Shown: positions 1 through 12,583, counted from the stretch's first letter. The stretch: DNA of 49,546 bases from Basidiobolus meristosporus CBS 931.73 (GCA_002104905.1 MCFE01000654.1:1-49546), one strand, 5' to 3'. A program made the numbers and translations. The notes: a model not told the origin generated them from the sequence alone.

Positions 1-630
1 AGGAATAAGGTTCTTGTTGACCCAAACATGGGCGGGTCTAAAAGAAGCACCGTTGATACTGGATTTAGATGGACTGGATTTCCGAAGGCACAAGTATGAT
101 CACCACTCAGGCAAAATTAGAAACTATACAGGCCCTAATAAGTAAATGCTGTTGGAGAATACTAAGGGGACGGACAATCACAACCATCGATTTTCTAGAA
201 CTCAGATCGCGCGCTAAAGTTTGGTGCTTCAGGTTGATGATGTGGTGGTTTGTATGGGCAGTTCAACTTGAGTTGCTTGGGATTTGTACGGCAAAGTCAC
301 CTAGGGATCCCAAGTAAATATGGACTGATGTATTACACAAATACCGATAGGCGTCATTGAGTAAAACACAGGATAGGAATTAGGTTAAATGGTATATGGG
401 AATTGAGTTATCCGCGAAGACTGATTTATTTATAGATACTCCCTAATGGTAGATATTAATTCCCCATTAAGCCAATCTCCCGTTATCATGCCAACTTTCC
501 TTGAAAGTAGGGTATTGCTTCAAGCCACTGAATAAGTTATAGTCAGTTACATACATTTTGAGATTAGGTGCAGAAGTCAAGAGTATTATGGTACAGGTAT
601 TTAGGTCACAAGTATACTACTGACATTTTA

Positions 631-1848
631 CTAGAAACTGTCACTTTCCAGTTTCAGTCGTAAACCCAAGATATTTTGGACATCGTGAACGTAACTTAAT
701 GCAATCAGAAACCCAATCAAATCCAGGAGGGCGGGATCACTGGGATCATCATGGGTCCATGTTCTGATGGGGATTGCATTCGAAGGATTGATAAGGAATG
801 AGAACTCGGAGTTGTCTACTAGCGCGATCTCTCGCAGGTCCGTGTTGATCTGGGTCAGGTCTTTGGTGTACACTCCATCATAGTAGGTGCAGTGCTACAA
901 GATACCATGCAAGATGGTCAGTATTAGATGTTACCTGGCGAGTTACGCCTCACTCGTGCCACAGCAAATAGCCCCTCATCTCCCGCTACTACTACTACTA
1001 CTACTATTCCTACTACTATTCCTACTGATGACGAGGCTTGCAGAGAGCACCTGCCCAGTGGGGCACTGAGTGGAGGTGGTGGAACTTTAATGGGCACATA
1101 CCTGGCGATAATAGCGACCCTTGAAGATCTGTTCGCACACGCTGTGTCTCTTCTTGACTTCAGCCTCCAGCCAATCAATGATCGGGTCGGCATATTCTGA
1201 GACGGAAGCAGTGAAGATCACTAGGTCGTACCATTTTGCCATCTACATATTAAGAAAGGTGGCGAATGAGTAATGACTCGGAGGCGTGCGTTGGTCAGTA
1301 CTTGTGCTTGGAGCACTGTTTCTGATGGTGACAATTGGAGGGGGGGGTTCCAGCAGACTAACAGTGTATGCTAGCCTAAACGGCAAGGTGTCACTGCATG
1401 AATAGACCCACTTACCGTTGCAAGAAACTCGAACACAAAGGGACGATCGTAAACATAGTAGATGCAATCCTTCCCCTCATACGGGACATTGATCTGGAAA
1501 GGAGGACTCGGAGAGCCAGGATCGAGGGTAAGTTTGCTATGGATCAGCGTCTCATCCATGTCCAGCACTAGCACCTTGCGTCTTGTCTTCTCAATAGTGC
1601 TGATTGGCGGGGTAGCACCGCGCCATGAGATCTCTGCTCCAGGTGTGTGTCCACACGCCTTGACAGTGGTCCACCACTGAGGTGAGGGCGCCAAATACCT
1701 CCGATGTTTGCAAGGAGTGCAGTACTGAGGTAAGCAACCCGAGGATGCTGTTGCCCTTCGCAGGGTTGGTCAGCTGGACTGGATGAAGAAGTCCAGCCTC
1801 CATTGGAATCAGGTTGAGGCTTGGCGCTTGCAAGTTGTGGAACTCCAT
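631..1848 (-). CDS. Nem1/CTDNEP1 (Dullard)-like HAD phosphatase, left palindrome copy, spliced
   Basis: DMDETLIHS (DxDxT) motif, WYDLVIFTAS, YYRQHC, KDL, DNS and DVxNILxLR segments in minus-strand exons. Mirror image of the copy at 3812-5029. The ATG frame and the catalytic frame differ near the 5' end (unresolved short intron or frameshift). Confidence 0.75.
986..1025. repeat. (CTA)n imperfect microsatellite in Nem1-like intron (left arm)
   Basis: ctactactactactactactattcctactactattccta. Confidence 0.9.
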
Positions 1849-3811
1849 GGTTTATCTCTTCTACTGGTGGTGCTTTCTAGGCTTCTAGTGGCGTCTACTT
1901 CTATCTATTACTTACAACAGGTGTGCGTGCTTTCTCACAGTTGGATTAGTGCCTCTATTTCTATGTGGACGCGTAGTTCTATGTACAGCTTCGTGTGATC
2001 ACTGCCGCAGTGCTGGTAGAAAGGGTATGGAGTATACGGTTGTCACCCTCAAAGCTACAGTGACTGAGTTGTCTTGGGTCAGGGCCTAGGGATGAATAGG
2101 TGATCTATGCAGTGACTTCACTCGGTCAAGGATGGTCTTCAATCAGAGTATTTACAATTCACAGGACGTGCACGATTACAACTACTCCCGATGCTGCTGG
2201 TGGGGAGAATGCAAGTGACCCAGAAAAGTAGTGGAGTAGGATGTGGCGGGGTTGCGAGCGAAGGGCTGCGTCTAAGGCTGTCAAATGATCCAAGATGCGA
2301 GTGGAGAGCGATGCTCAGTGGACACTTTTGGAAAGCGGGGAAATGGAGATGTATTTATATGGGCGGTGGGTTGAATTTTGGTGGATGCGAGATCGTGCAG
2401 ATATGTGTGGATATTGTTGTGGAAATGAATGTGGGTGCTATAGTGGGTGTTGATGGGAGATTTGGGTGTTTACCCTCTGGGTGAAATTTTTTACCCCGGG
2501 CTGAATGAAATCGACCTGATGTTAGAATGTTTCAATCCCAAAGTAATGAATTATCACCCATGTTAAAGATGAATGTTTGTACTGGTAGGGCAATCATAAA
2601 CTACCCCCTCGTTGTCTCTATGATATGCTGGCAAGTGCCCGCACAGATTGACACTTAGAGGGTTTATCTTGAAAATAGTTCCTCGTTTACATGAGATACA
2701 ATGGATTTAGAATGTACTTTAAATTCTCCAATGCTCCACAGCTTGGGAATTTTTGAAAACAATAGGTATGAGCATCTTCGCTCAAAACAATGTAGTTCAT
2801 GATTTCCGAAGTATGATGGGCATTCTACATCTAGATCCACCTTTGGATCCATCGGAGATTGTTGCGGTATGTAAGCCACACTTCGGAATCATAATTGTAT
2901 CTCTTAAATGCTTGCGTACTAGTGATTGGCGACGTGATTGGGGGCACTTTCAACTCGTCGATCCGGTTAGAACAATGAGCAACATAAAACATGATAGCTC
3001 ACATCACGTTTCTATTACAATACTAGGCTGATATGTATTGATATGTACTCTATACTAAGATAAAGAACTCTTAGCTATACGTAGTGTAGTTTGTTCTTTG
3101 GATCTGAATCTGGAGGCACTGCTCATGCTTCGGAAATCACACACTACACGCCTGGTGCACGTAGAGGTCACCCGGAGGGTCAACATAAATCTCCCATCAA
3201 CACCCACTATAGCACCCACATTCATTTCCACAACAATATCCACACATATCTGCACGATCTCGCATCCACCAAAATTCAACCCACCGCCCATATAAATACA
3301 TCTCCATTTCCCCGCTTTCCAAAAGTGTCCACTGAGCATCGCTCTCCACTCGCTCCGACTCGCATCTTGGATCATTTGACAGCCTTAGACGCAGCCCTTC
3401 GCTCGCAACCCCGCCATATCCTACTCCACTACTTTTCTGGGTCACTTGCATTCTCCCCACCAGCAGCATCGGGAGTAGTTGTAATCGTGCACGTCCTGTG
3501 AATTGTAAATACTCTTATTGAAGACTATCCTTGACCGAGCGAAGTCACTGCATAGATCACCTATTCATCCCTAGGCCCTGACCCAAGACAACTCAGTCAC
3601 TGTAGCTTTGAGGGTGACAACCGTATACTCCATACCCTTTCTACCAGCACTGCGGCAGTGATCACACGAAGCTGTACATAGAACTACGCGTCCACATAGA
3701 AATAGAGGCACTAATCCAACTGTGAGAAAGCACGCACACCTGTTGTAAGTAATAGATAGAAGTAGACGCCACTAGAAGCCTAGAAAGCACCACCAGTAGA
3801 AGAGATAAACC

Positions 3812-5029
3812 ATGGAGTTCCACAACTTGCAAGCGCCAAGCCTCAACCTGATTCCAATGGAGGCTGGACTTCTTCATCCAGTCCAGCTGACCAACCCTGC
3901 GAAGGGCAACAGCATCCTCGGGTTGCTTACCTCAGCACTGCACTCCTTGCAAACATCGGAGGTATTTGGCGCCCTCACCTCAGTGGTGGACCACTGTCAA
4001 GGCGTGTGGACACACACCTGGAACAGAGAGTCTCATGGCGCAGTGTACCCCGCCAATCAGCACTATTGAGAAGACAAGACGCAAGGTGCTAGTGCTGGAC
4101 ATGGATGAGACGCTGATCCATAGCAAACTTGCCCTCGATCCTGGCTCTCCGAGTCCTCCTTTCCAGATCAATGTCCCGTATGAGGGGAAGGATTGCATCT
4201 ACTATGTTTACGATCGTCCCTTTGTGTTCGAGTTTCTTGCAACGGTAAGTGGGTCTATTCATGCAGTGACACCTTGCCATTTAGGCTAGCATACACTGTT
4301 AGTCTGCTGGAACCCCCCCCTCCAATTGTCACCATCAGAAACAGTGCTCCGAGCACAAGTACTGACCAACGCACGCCTCCGAGTCATTACTCATTCGCCA
4401 CCTTTCTTAATATGTAGATGGCAAAATGGTACGACCTAGTGATCTTCACTGCTTCCGTCTCAGAATATGCCGACCCGATCATTGATTGGCTGGAGGCTGA
4501 AGTCAAGAAGAGACACAGCGTGTGCGAACAGATCTTCAAGGGTCGCTATTATCGCCAGGTATGTGCCCATTAAAGTTCCACCACCTCCACTCAGTGCCCC
4601 ACTGGGCAGGTGCTCTCTGCAAGCCTCGTCATCAGTAGGAATAGTAGTAGTAATAGTAGTAGTAGTAGTAATAGTAGCGGGAGATGAGGGGCTATTTGCT
4701 GTGGCACGAGTGAGGCGTAACTCGCCAGGTAACATCTAATACTGACCATCTTGCATGGTATCTTGTAGCACTGCACCTACTATGATGGAGTGTACACCAA
4801 AGACCTGACCCAGATCAACACGGACCTGCGAGAGATCGCGCTAGTAGACAACTCCGAGTTCTCATTCCTTATCAATCCTTCGAATGCAATCCCCATCAGA
4901 ACATGGACCCATGATGATCCCAGTGATCCCGCCCTCCTGGATTTGATTGGGTTTCTGGTTGCATTAAGTTACGTTCATGATGTTCGAAACATTCTGAGTT
5001 TGAGACTAGGAACTCTGTCGGAAGAATAA
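3812..5029 (+). CDS. Nem1/CTDNEP1 (Dullard)-like HAD phosphatase, right palindrome copy, spliced
   Basis: ATG in aaaccATGg at 3812. GT-AG introns 4245-4417 and 4559-4768 join VLVLDMDETLIHS..FEFLAT / MAKWYDLVIFTASVSEYADPIIDWLE..RYYRQ / HCTYYDGVYTKDL..DVRNILSLR, typical of Nem1. Confidence 0.8.
4635..4677. repeat. (TAG)n imperfect microsatellite in Nem1-like intron (right arm)
   Basis: Mirror of 986-1025, one triplet longer, with different interruptions. Confidence 0.9.
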
Positions 5030-5481
5030 CCCCACACACCATGTAACGAGCCATGTAGCAAGTCATGTAACGAGCACAATACCCACTATCCAGTAACTTG
5101 CCTAATCACCAAAACAAAATATTTATTTGAATAAAGCAAAATTCAACCATTAGTGGCGCAATTGGTTGGTTTGTTTATATTCGATTTAGGTAATTTGGTA
5201 AATAGTAATATGGTCATCATCATCATGTTTTGATTTACCCAACACAACGAGCCTTACGCGAATCAGAATCAGTCTATGTAAATAGTAGCGCGTAGACCCA
5301 GACAGTCACTGGTTTCTTAGTTCACAATTTTTCATTTCTTCCATTGAGGCCTTCTATTAGTACTGATTCCATTATTTCCTTTGGTACGAAGTAATTATAT
5401 ACTCGGTCCAAAATACCCAGTTTGTAAATAGTGCTTTTCTTACACCCAATCTATAAGTTGTAATCTCTTAATTATTGCTCA

Positions 5482-8458
5482 ATGTTGGCCTCACCTTCGC
5501 AAAACCACGAAAATTCACAAACCAGACAAACGAATCCTCCTTACATACTCCCTACTCCACGTAGAATTGGAGGATATGTAGCCATACAGCCAAGATTACG
5601 AAGAGGTGTGTCGTTGGATTTGAGTCTATCAGATCCTGAAGATTCACCCTCACCCAGAGCAATGAAGAAAAAAATTCGCTGGACAGAAGCGGAGGATAAG
5701 CTTTTAATTTCAGGAGTTAAAAATTTTGGCTTGCGTTGGTCCAAAATCAGTAAAACTATACCTGGTCGTGGTAGTCATCAATGTTTGAAACGCTGGTCCC
5801 TATTAGTCCGAAAATTGGGCTCCGCCGAGATTCTTGGAAATGAGGAGCCAAGCGGAGGACACGTTACCTCCCGCACCAGTTACACCTACCATGCCGCGCA
5901 CCAATCCGCGAAGTATGGATTTTTCCGACGGTAATACCACACCTACAAGAAGGCGGCTATTTGATGAAACGAGAATGACACCTCAAACTATGAGGGCCGA
6001 GAGAGTCTTAACTAGGCACTCCGACGACCCCATGGTTCCAATATCACCAACAAGCTACAAAAGTGCAATAGAATTAGAAAAACTGTTATTCCAAGGCGGC
6101 CTGGACATCATGGATGACTCGGATAACGATGAGCACTCAATTTCATTGTCTGCGTGTTTGAAGAGCATCCCAAAATCCGCGGAAGACAGCCTCGCTCCGA
6201 TACCTGAAATCAAATCAGAAGCATACATACCTGACTTGTGCGATTTACCCTCAACACCCTCATCGTCTGACGAACACGCGACCGTAGCGGCAAATCTACT
6301 ACTTCCTCTTGCACCAATAACAAACACACCTACACCGAATGTATATTCCCAGATCTTGAGTTCATGGAACAAGTCACTCTACCTTGCAGTTATACAAGAC
6401 CTGATCGATGATTTCTCCGTCATTACTTCCCGTGTAAATAATTTAGCAACCAAAATGGTAATGTCAATAATGGGCCAACAGGACATTTGGGCCGCAACAC
6501 TAGAGCCACCCCCAACCTCAGAACCACCGGACACAATCACCATGAATGAGCTCGATGAGATTCTAAAGCAGGTCACTAGCATTGAGCCAGAAGCTACTTT
6601 ACCAAATCAGACAGACATCACAATAGATGAGTTATTGCAAGAAAACGATATGGAGCTATTACTTGGCGATTACGCGCACACAGAATCCAATCTCTCGTTA
6701 GATTACAACGACTTTCTAAAACAACTACATGGCCCAAGTAAGTGCTGCACGTAATACAGCATGTCCACCCCTTTACTAATGTTGATTACTTCTTAGAATT
6801 ATCACTGAAGCGTTTACAGTCTGAAGATGAGAGTGAAAGCACCGACCAGGAATTTGCTCTGCGAACTCGAAAGTTCAAACGAGAAAAGATGGAAGAGTTT
6901 CGCGAGGATAGGGGCGCTACCATCTCTAGTTAGTACTTTTGAACCAGTTGGCATGATTTGAAGCCGGCTATTGATCTCGTTTCCACCCTCCCAACCACAG
7001 AACACGAAGTAGAGGAGCTGTACAAAGAAGATGAGGAAGTGGACCAGCTGGAGCAAACGCAGGTTTTCGAAAAGGCCGTTCCTTCTGGGGAAGAATAGTG
7101 AGAGCACACCACATAGACTTGTGCAATGGCAACCGTTAGGCTAACACCAATTACCTTACCAGTGCGATATTCTCGCCCCAGCAATTGCATCTACTCCGAA
7201 AGCAACAGCAGCAAGTAAGTTGGCGTCCCTTATAGGTGACGATTCCCAAGCCCAATATTGACCCCGTGCAGAATCTACAAATAGTAGTTCAAGCATTTGT
7301 ATTGGAGAGAGAACTTCGTGGAGGGGATTCGGAATTTGGAATGCACTGGCAGAGCAAGATTGTATGTATATTGAACCATGTTGCTCAAGTCGAAGTAGTA
7401 TTTAACCACACTTAGAACGAGCTGAAGGATCTCCAATCGGAGGCACGAAAAACATCTCCACCTGAATATGTATCGTTCTTTGAAGTGGTTGGACTCGATT
7501 ATACGAACCTACTTTTCGAAGCACCTTTCTCCGAAGAATATCGATCCAAGGAGTTCGAGATGGCCATCCGTAAGCCGAAATCGAAAAGAATCAAAATCGA
7601 CACGAGAAACGGACAGCCGGCATGGGAGAACCGTGTCCAAGATCCTATACCTTTACCTATCTCGGTGAAGGCGGCGCTCGATGAATTTTACCCATTGCTG
7701 GATTTAGACCTAATACCGCAAATCGTACCTGGTAAGTAGGCATTTCACCGCAAGAGCGCACCATAAACGGGACCAATCCCGACTAATTTGCACACAAACG
7801 GCAGCACTGCCAAGGGTACGGGTGACCTTTCATCCATCCGAAGATTCGTATCCATTTTTGAAGTTCCTAGTTGAAGTTGATAGCATCCTTGATACTATTT
7901 ACCCTTAACCCTCAACCCTTGGCCCTTATTTAGCCTACTACTGATTGGCTTGAAATCCTTTGGCGACGATTGGAACACCATTCGATCGCATATGCTACCC
8001 AGCAAAACCCCCTCACAGCTGGAAAATAGATTCAACAATCTCAAGTCGAGACGCTACCCTGACAACCCAGTCAAGGTAACTCAGCCCATCGAGCGCCCAT
8101 AATCATAGATACTAATGCTCCGAACAATCTAGGAATATTATTTGCAACAGATCAAACCCCTGACGGTGGAGGAGGAAGAGATATTAAGAAATGTAAGTCG
8201 ATGCTTAGCCACTCTCCCATGATCTAGCCTTTGCTAATTGAGCCATAGTCCGTAAAAATGTACGGAAAACGGTTCAAGTTTATCAGCGAGAAATTCCTGA
8301 TACACAGACCAGCATTCATACTAAAACGGGCGTGGCAATTGCTTGTGCCCAAAAACAAGAAGGGTACTGGTGGTGACGCGGTGGATGATAGGATGGAAGA
8401 TGGTAAGCGCCGGCCTCAGTTTAATGATTCAACGCTACTGGCACTAACTCTATGCTGA
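5482..8458 (+). CDS. Multi-exon Myb/SANT-domain nuclear protein, GON4L/YY1AP1-like in its C-terminal half
   Basis: N-terminal Myb repeat (WTEAEDKLLISGVKNFGLRWSKISKTIPGRGSHQCLKRW). Introns at 6738-6796 and downstream give FSPQQLHLLRKQQQQNLQIVVQAFVLE, then VTFHPSED/LLLIGLKSFGDDWNTIRSHMLPSKTPSQLENRFNNLKSRRYPDNPVK and LTVEEEEILRN..MYGKRFKFISEKFL. There is a frame break at ~5807-5950. Confidence 0.7.
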
Positions 8459-9487
8459 TAGACGATGATGGCTATGCTACACCCTCGCTAATATGATCTT
8501 CGACAAACTGTGCAATTGTAGAACATTTGAATCCATTATAAACCTCAATAAATCAATGTAAAGTAACAAATCCGTCATTTATGCGCGTTGAAGGCAAAGC
8601 TGGCGTAACTCTAAACAAACCACATACCCAGTATATCCACAAATCTAGAGCATTTGGACCAATGATTGAGCTAGGGTGGCGTCGATTTCAACGGCTATTG
8701 GCTGGATTGGAAATCTCGGTCTTTTCCGTGGTGTGAAATGAGCCACTTGTGGACACGTACACAAAACACGACACCACGGGGCTGTTTACCGATGTAGCTA
8801 TATGAATTCCCTGTAAAGAACGATTAATTCCCGGAAACTATCGATCAAGATTGAAAGAAGAGCAGAGTTGCACAATCGATAAGAGGAATTCAATCTGGGG
8901 TCGCCTCTACGCTAGCCGGGAGTGGTTTATACAAAGCTAAATCTCAGTGATTGCTGTTCTAGCTCTTATTGTCGGCATTATCATCAAATCCAACGGCTTA
9001 TGGATACCTTCCAATAATTACCAATACCAGCTATTTATACACGCGATTCAATTCACACTCATTTAGAGTTTAACTTTATGGATCTCATCTCTCACCAATG
9101 AATCACGTACTCACATGTATGGTGTTGTAATCGCTCCTCTGGTTGTTGAGACTGTATGACGGTGATATCGTCACAAACCGAGCGGTCAGTGTATCTATTA
9201 TTGTTATGATTATTATTCTAAATCCTCATCTCTCTAGCAGAGTCCATGGAGGCTTCAATGTATCTTAGCCACTATTTGTTGTTGGTAAAATGGATAATAT
9301 TCCCCAAAAATCGGGCGAATCCTTCTGTGCTCACTGATTTCCCATTTTGATAGTGATGTTAGAGATTCGCTTACGTCAAATCATATATGAATCCGAGGAT
9401 TGGCTCATTCCGGCCTATTGACTGGGGTATATAAAGGGCGTGTTCAACTCCGTTACGAACAAGAATCCTCTTCGATCTTACTTGACC

Positions 9488-11064
9488 ATGACTACTCCTG
9501 TATGTATTTCGGTGGATGTTTGGTGACGAATTTCTCATTAATCCTGGTTGTTCTTTCAGCAAACTCCTGGAGCTGCTGCCGCCGCTATGCGTTACGAGTT
9601 GGACCAACTCATCAGCAAAATGCCCGAAGGCGGAAAAAGACACGTAAGTACCACCCTTGCTCGGTTCGTTATAGGCTTTCAAATACTTAGCCTTGTTGTT
9701 AGGCCTTCGCCAAGGAAATGGACGACTTCTTCCGTCTGTACAACCGTTTCCAGCTTGAGAAGAAGCACAAGACCAAGATCGTCTGGGATAAGATCAAGTC
9801 TCTTGCCGATGACAAGATCGTTCCTTATGCCAACCTTTCTGCCGCCCAAATCGCCGACAACAAGGATCTCTTGGATAAACTTGCTGTGCTCAAGCTTAAC
9901 GGTGGTCTCGGTACCACTATGGGCTGCGTTGGTCCCAAGAGTGCCATCGAAGTCAGAGACGGACAAACCTTCCTTGATTTGACTGTTCTCCAAATCGAGC
10001 ACTTGAACGAGAGCTCCAACATCAATGTTCCTCTTGTGCTTATGAACTCCTTCAACACTGATGATGATACCCAACGTATTATTCAGAAGTACAACGACTC
10101 TAATGTCCAGATCTTGACCTTCAACCAGAGTCGCTACCCTAGAGTAAACAACGACACCTTGGCTCCCATGCCTAAGGATCCTGCTGGTGAGCTTAGCCAC
10201 TGGTATCCTCCTGGTCACGGTGATCTTTTCGATTCATTGGCCAACTCTGGTCTTTTGGACAGACTCATCGCCGAAGGCAAGGAGTACCTTTTCATTTCCA
10301 ACGTTGATAACTTGGGTGCTATTGTCGACCCTACCATCTTGAAGCATATGGCCCAATCCGGTGCTGAATTCATCATGGAAGTTACCGACAAAACCAAGGC
10401 TGATGTCAAGGGTGGTACCCTCATTGACTACGATGGCACCGTTCGTCTCCTTGAAATTGCCCAGGTTCCTGAAGAACATGTCGACGACTTCAAGTCCGTC
10501 AAGAAGTTCAAGATCTTCAACACCAACAACTTGTGGGTCTCTCTTCCTGCCATCAAGCGTATCATCGACAACCGTGAATTGAACTTGGAGATCATTGTCA
10601 ACAAGAAGTCCACCCCCGATGGCACCAAGGTGATCCAGCTCGAGACCGCCGTCGGTGCTGCCATCAAGCACTTCAAGGGCGCCCACGGCATCAACGTACC
10701 CAGAACCCGTTTCTTGCCTGTCAAGAGCACCTCCGATCTTTTCCTTGTGACATCGGACCTGTACAAACTTGAGAACGGTCAGCTGACCCTCAACCCCAAG
10801 CGTATGTTCCAAACTGTTCCTCTCGTCAAGTTGGGCGACGAATTCAAGAAGGTCAACAACTACTCTGCTCGCTTCAAGACCTCTCCCCATATCCTCGAGC
10901 TTGACCATCTCACCGTTACCGGTGATGTCACTTTCGGATCCGAAGTCAGCCTCAAGGGTACTGTCATCATTGTCGCCAACCATGGCATGAGAATTGATAT
11001 TCCTTCCGGCGCTGTCTTGGAGAACAAGGTTGTTTCTGGCAACCTTCGTATCCTCGATCATTAA
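9488..11064 (+). CDS. UGP1: UTP--glucose-1-phosphate uridylyltransferase
   Basis: [26 protein letters not shown] and [10 protein letters not shown] motifs. Exons 9488-9499, 9560-9643 and 9703-11064 joined by GT-AG introns. Confidence 0.98.
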
Positions 11065-11193
11065 GTTCCTCCTATAATCCCGTCCAACCTCAACACATCG
11101 TATCTCGACATTCTACATGTAATTACCATACATCTCCTTTTCATCCCCTTTTGACATAATAAACCTTTTATGATTGTAAAATGCGTCCCAGTT

Positions 11194-12375
11194 TTATTGT
11201 TGACGTTCAGTTAGCCTGCAATCCAGCTGAATTTTGTTGGTCGAGTCTAGCACGATGAAGCTCGGCTGCTCGTCATCCCATTCCAAGATCAATGTTTGGC
11301 TACCCAACGATACAGGCCTTCTGAAGTGACAGGTCATCGTCACGCCGAGGTCCTTCCCGAATTGTTCGGTGAGCCATCTGGTCATTTCGGGGGAAGTGTG
11401 TATTACTCCGCTCACCAGCCACATTCCATGGCAAATGGGTTTTGAAAAGCCGAAGAGCTTAGACGTTGCCCAGTGAAGGTGGATTGGGTTAAAGTCCCCG
11501 CTCACCTTGGCGTAATTCCACCCAGCGTTGGATGGAATACGAAGTTCGCGGGTTGTACGTGGTGTTTCTGGTGTCTCTAGGAATCGCGATTCGGCCGAGA
11601 CGACGTTGTTGTTCCTCTTACCAAACGAGAGTCCCTGCAGCGAATATACCAATTAGCCTGAGGAAACGTAAAGGCTGGCCCATGAAATGCTTACACTGAA
11701 TACACACTTCCATATGACTTCTTTCTCCTCTCCGGAGTCACTTCCTTTCCAATACACTTCGGTGACCAGGTCAAACTCAATACCCCTTTTGGCTTCTCTC
11801 AGCTCACCCAAGGTGCAGCTGGCCATTAGTTTCTTTTGAGCTGGAAGCCCCTCCGTCTTGCTTTTATGCATGTCGATAAGCTCGCGTATGTGGAGTGCCT
11901 TCAGCACGGTGATCTCATTTTTAGTATTTACCGAGCCCAAGGGCTTGAAGGGGAATCTGGGGTGTGTAGCCAGTTCAAGCTGTAGCTGTCCGGTTAAACA
12001 CAGCAGGTAAAATGGAGGTAAATATGGAGGTAAATGTTGTACGCCTCTCAGAGCGGTGGACCTGCGCCGGGGCTCAGTTGTAACCGGGGTTTGGACACTG
12101 ATACTGTCCAGGTACTGTACCAGATGTAAAGGGTCGAAGGCAATTTCCGTTTCTACCGATAGCTTCTCTTCAGAGAATCGCTTTTTCAAACATTCCAAGT
12201 CACGATGCTCGCCCTTCTTTTTGAAAAGGTCAAAGCAGATTCGGAGGTAGGCACGTACCATATCCTGGCCATTTAACGGCCGGTGGGTTATCTCCTTATA
12301 TCTGCTCCACACATATAGCACGTATAGTGCCCCTGGCACTGCAAGTACTGACAATATGTTGGCTAGCGCGACCAT
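11194..12375 (-). CDS. MaoC-like double hot-dog-fold acyl dehydratase/hydratase with a hydrophobic N-terminus
   Basis: YAKVSGDFNPIHLH...FGFSKPICHGMW hydratase motif and FPFKPLGSVNTKNEIT in the N-terminal hot-dog domain. A 60-nt intron at 11635-11694 joins the two ORFs in frame. Confidence 0.85.
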
Positions 12376-12583
12376 TATGTGTGTCAAGCTCACTCTGCCT
12401 ATGTTGGTTTATAAGACTGGTGACGTGGAACAAAATTTGCTAAGCATTGAATTGACGGGTGCTGGTCATTGGTGTGATACAAACTGTAGCCATTATTATA
12501 TATTTTAATCAATCAATAGGACTTTATATGCATGGATTTGATAGCCAAAGAGGGGAACATAGCCGAACACTATATACTATCTA

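Larger units (their letters stand above)
655..5005. repeat. Large inverted repeat: arms ~655-2483 and ~3169-5005, spacer ~685 bp
   Basis: Reverse-complement identity visible throughout, and the ORF track gives mirrored near-identical peptides. The arms differ by SNPs, a 10-nt indel and microsatellite length. Confidence 0.97.

Noticed and set aside
1-630. ORF 69-317 and other frames at the window start
   Set aside because: No recognisable motif or splice pattern that I can support; left unannotated.
3055-3501. ORFs spanning the palindrome's inner arm ends and spacer
   Set aside because: Not conserved in frame between the arms (10-nt and 2-nt indels) and no domains; likely promoter or UTR sequence.
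9679-11061. Long antisense ORFs opposite UGP1 (179 and 275 aa)
   Set aside because: Same codon-bias effect in a highly expressed gene; composition mirrors the sense frame.
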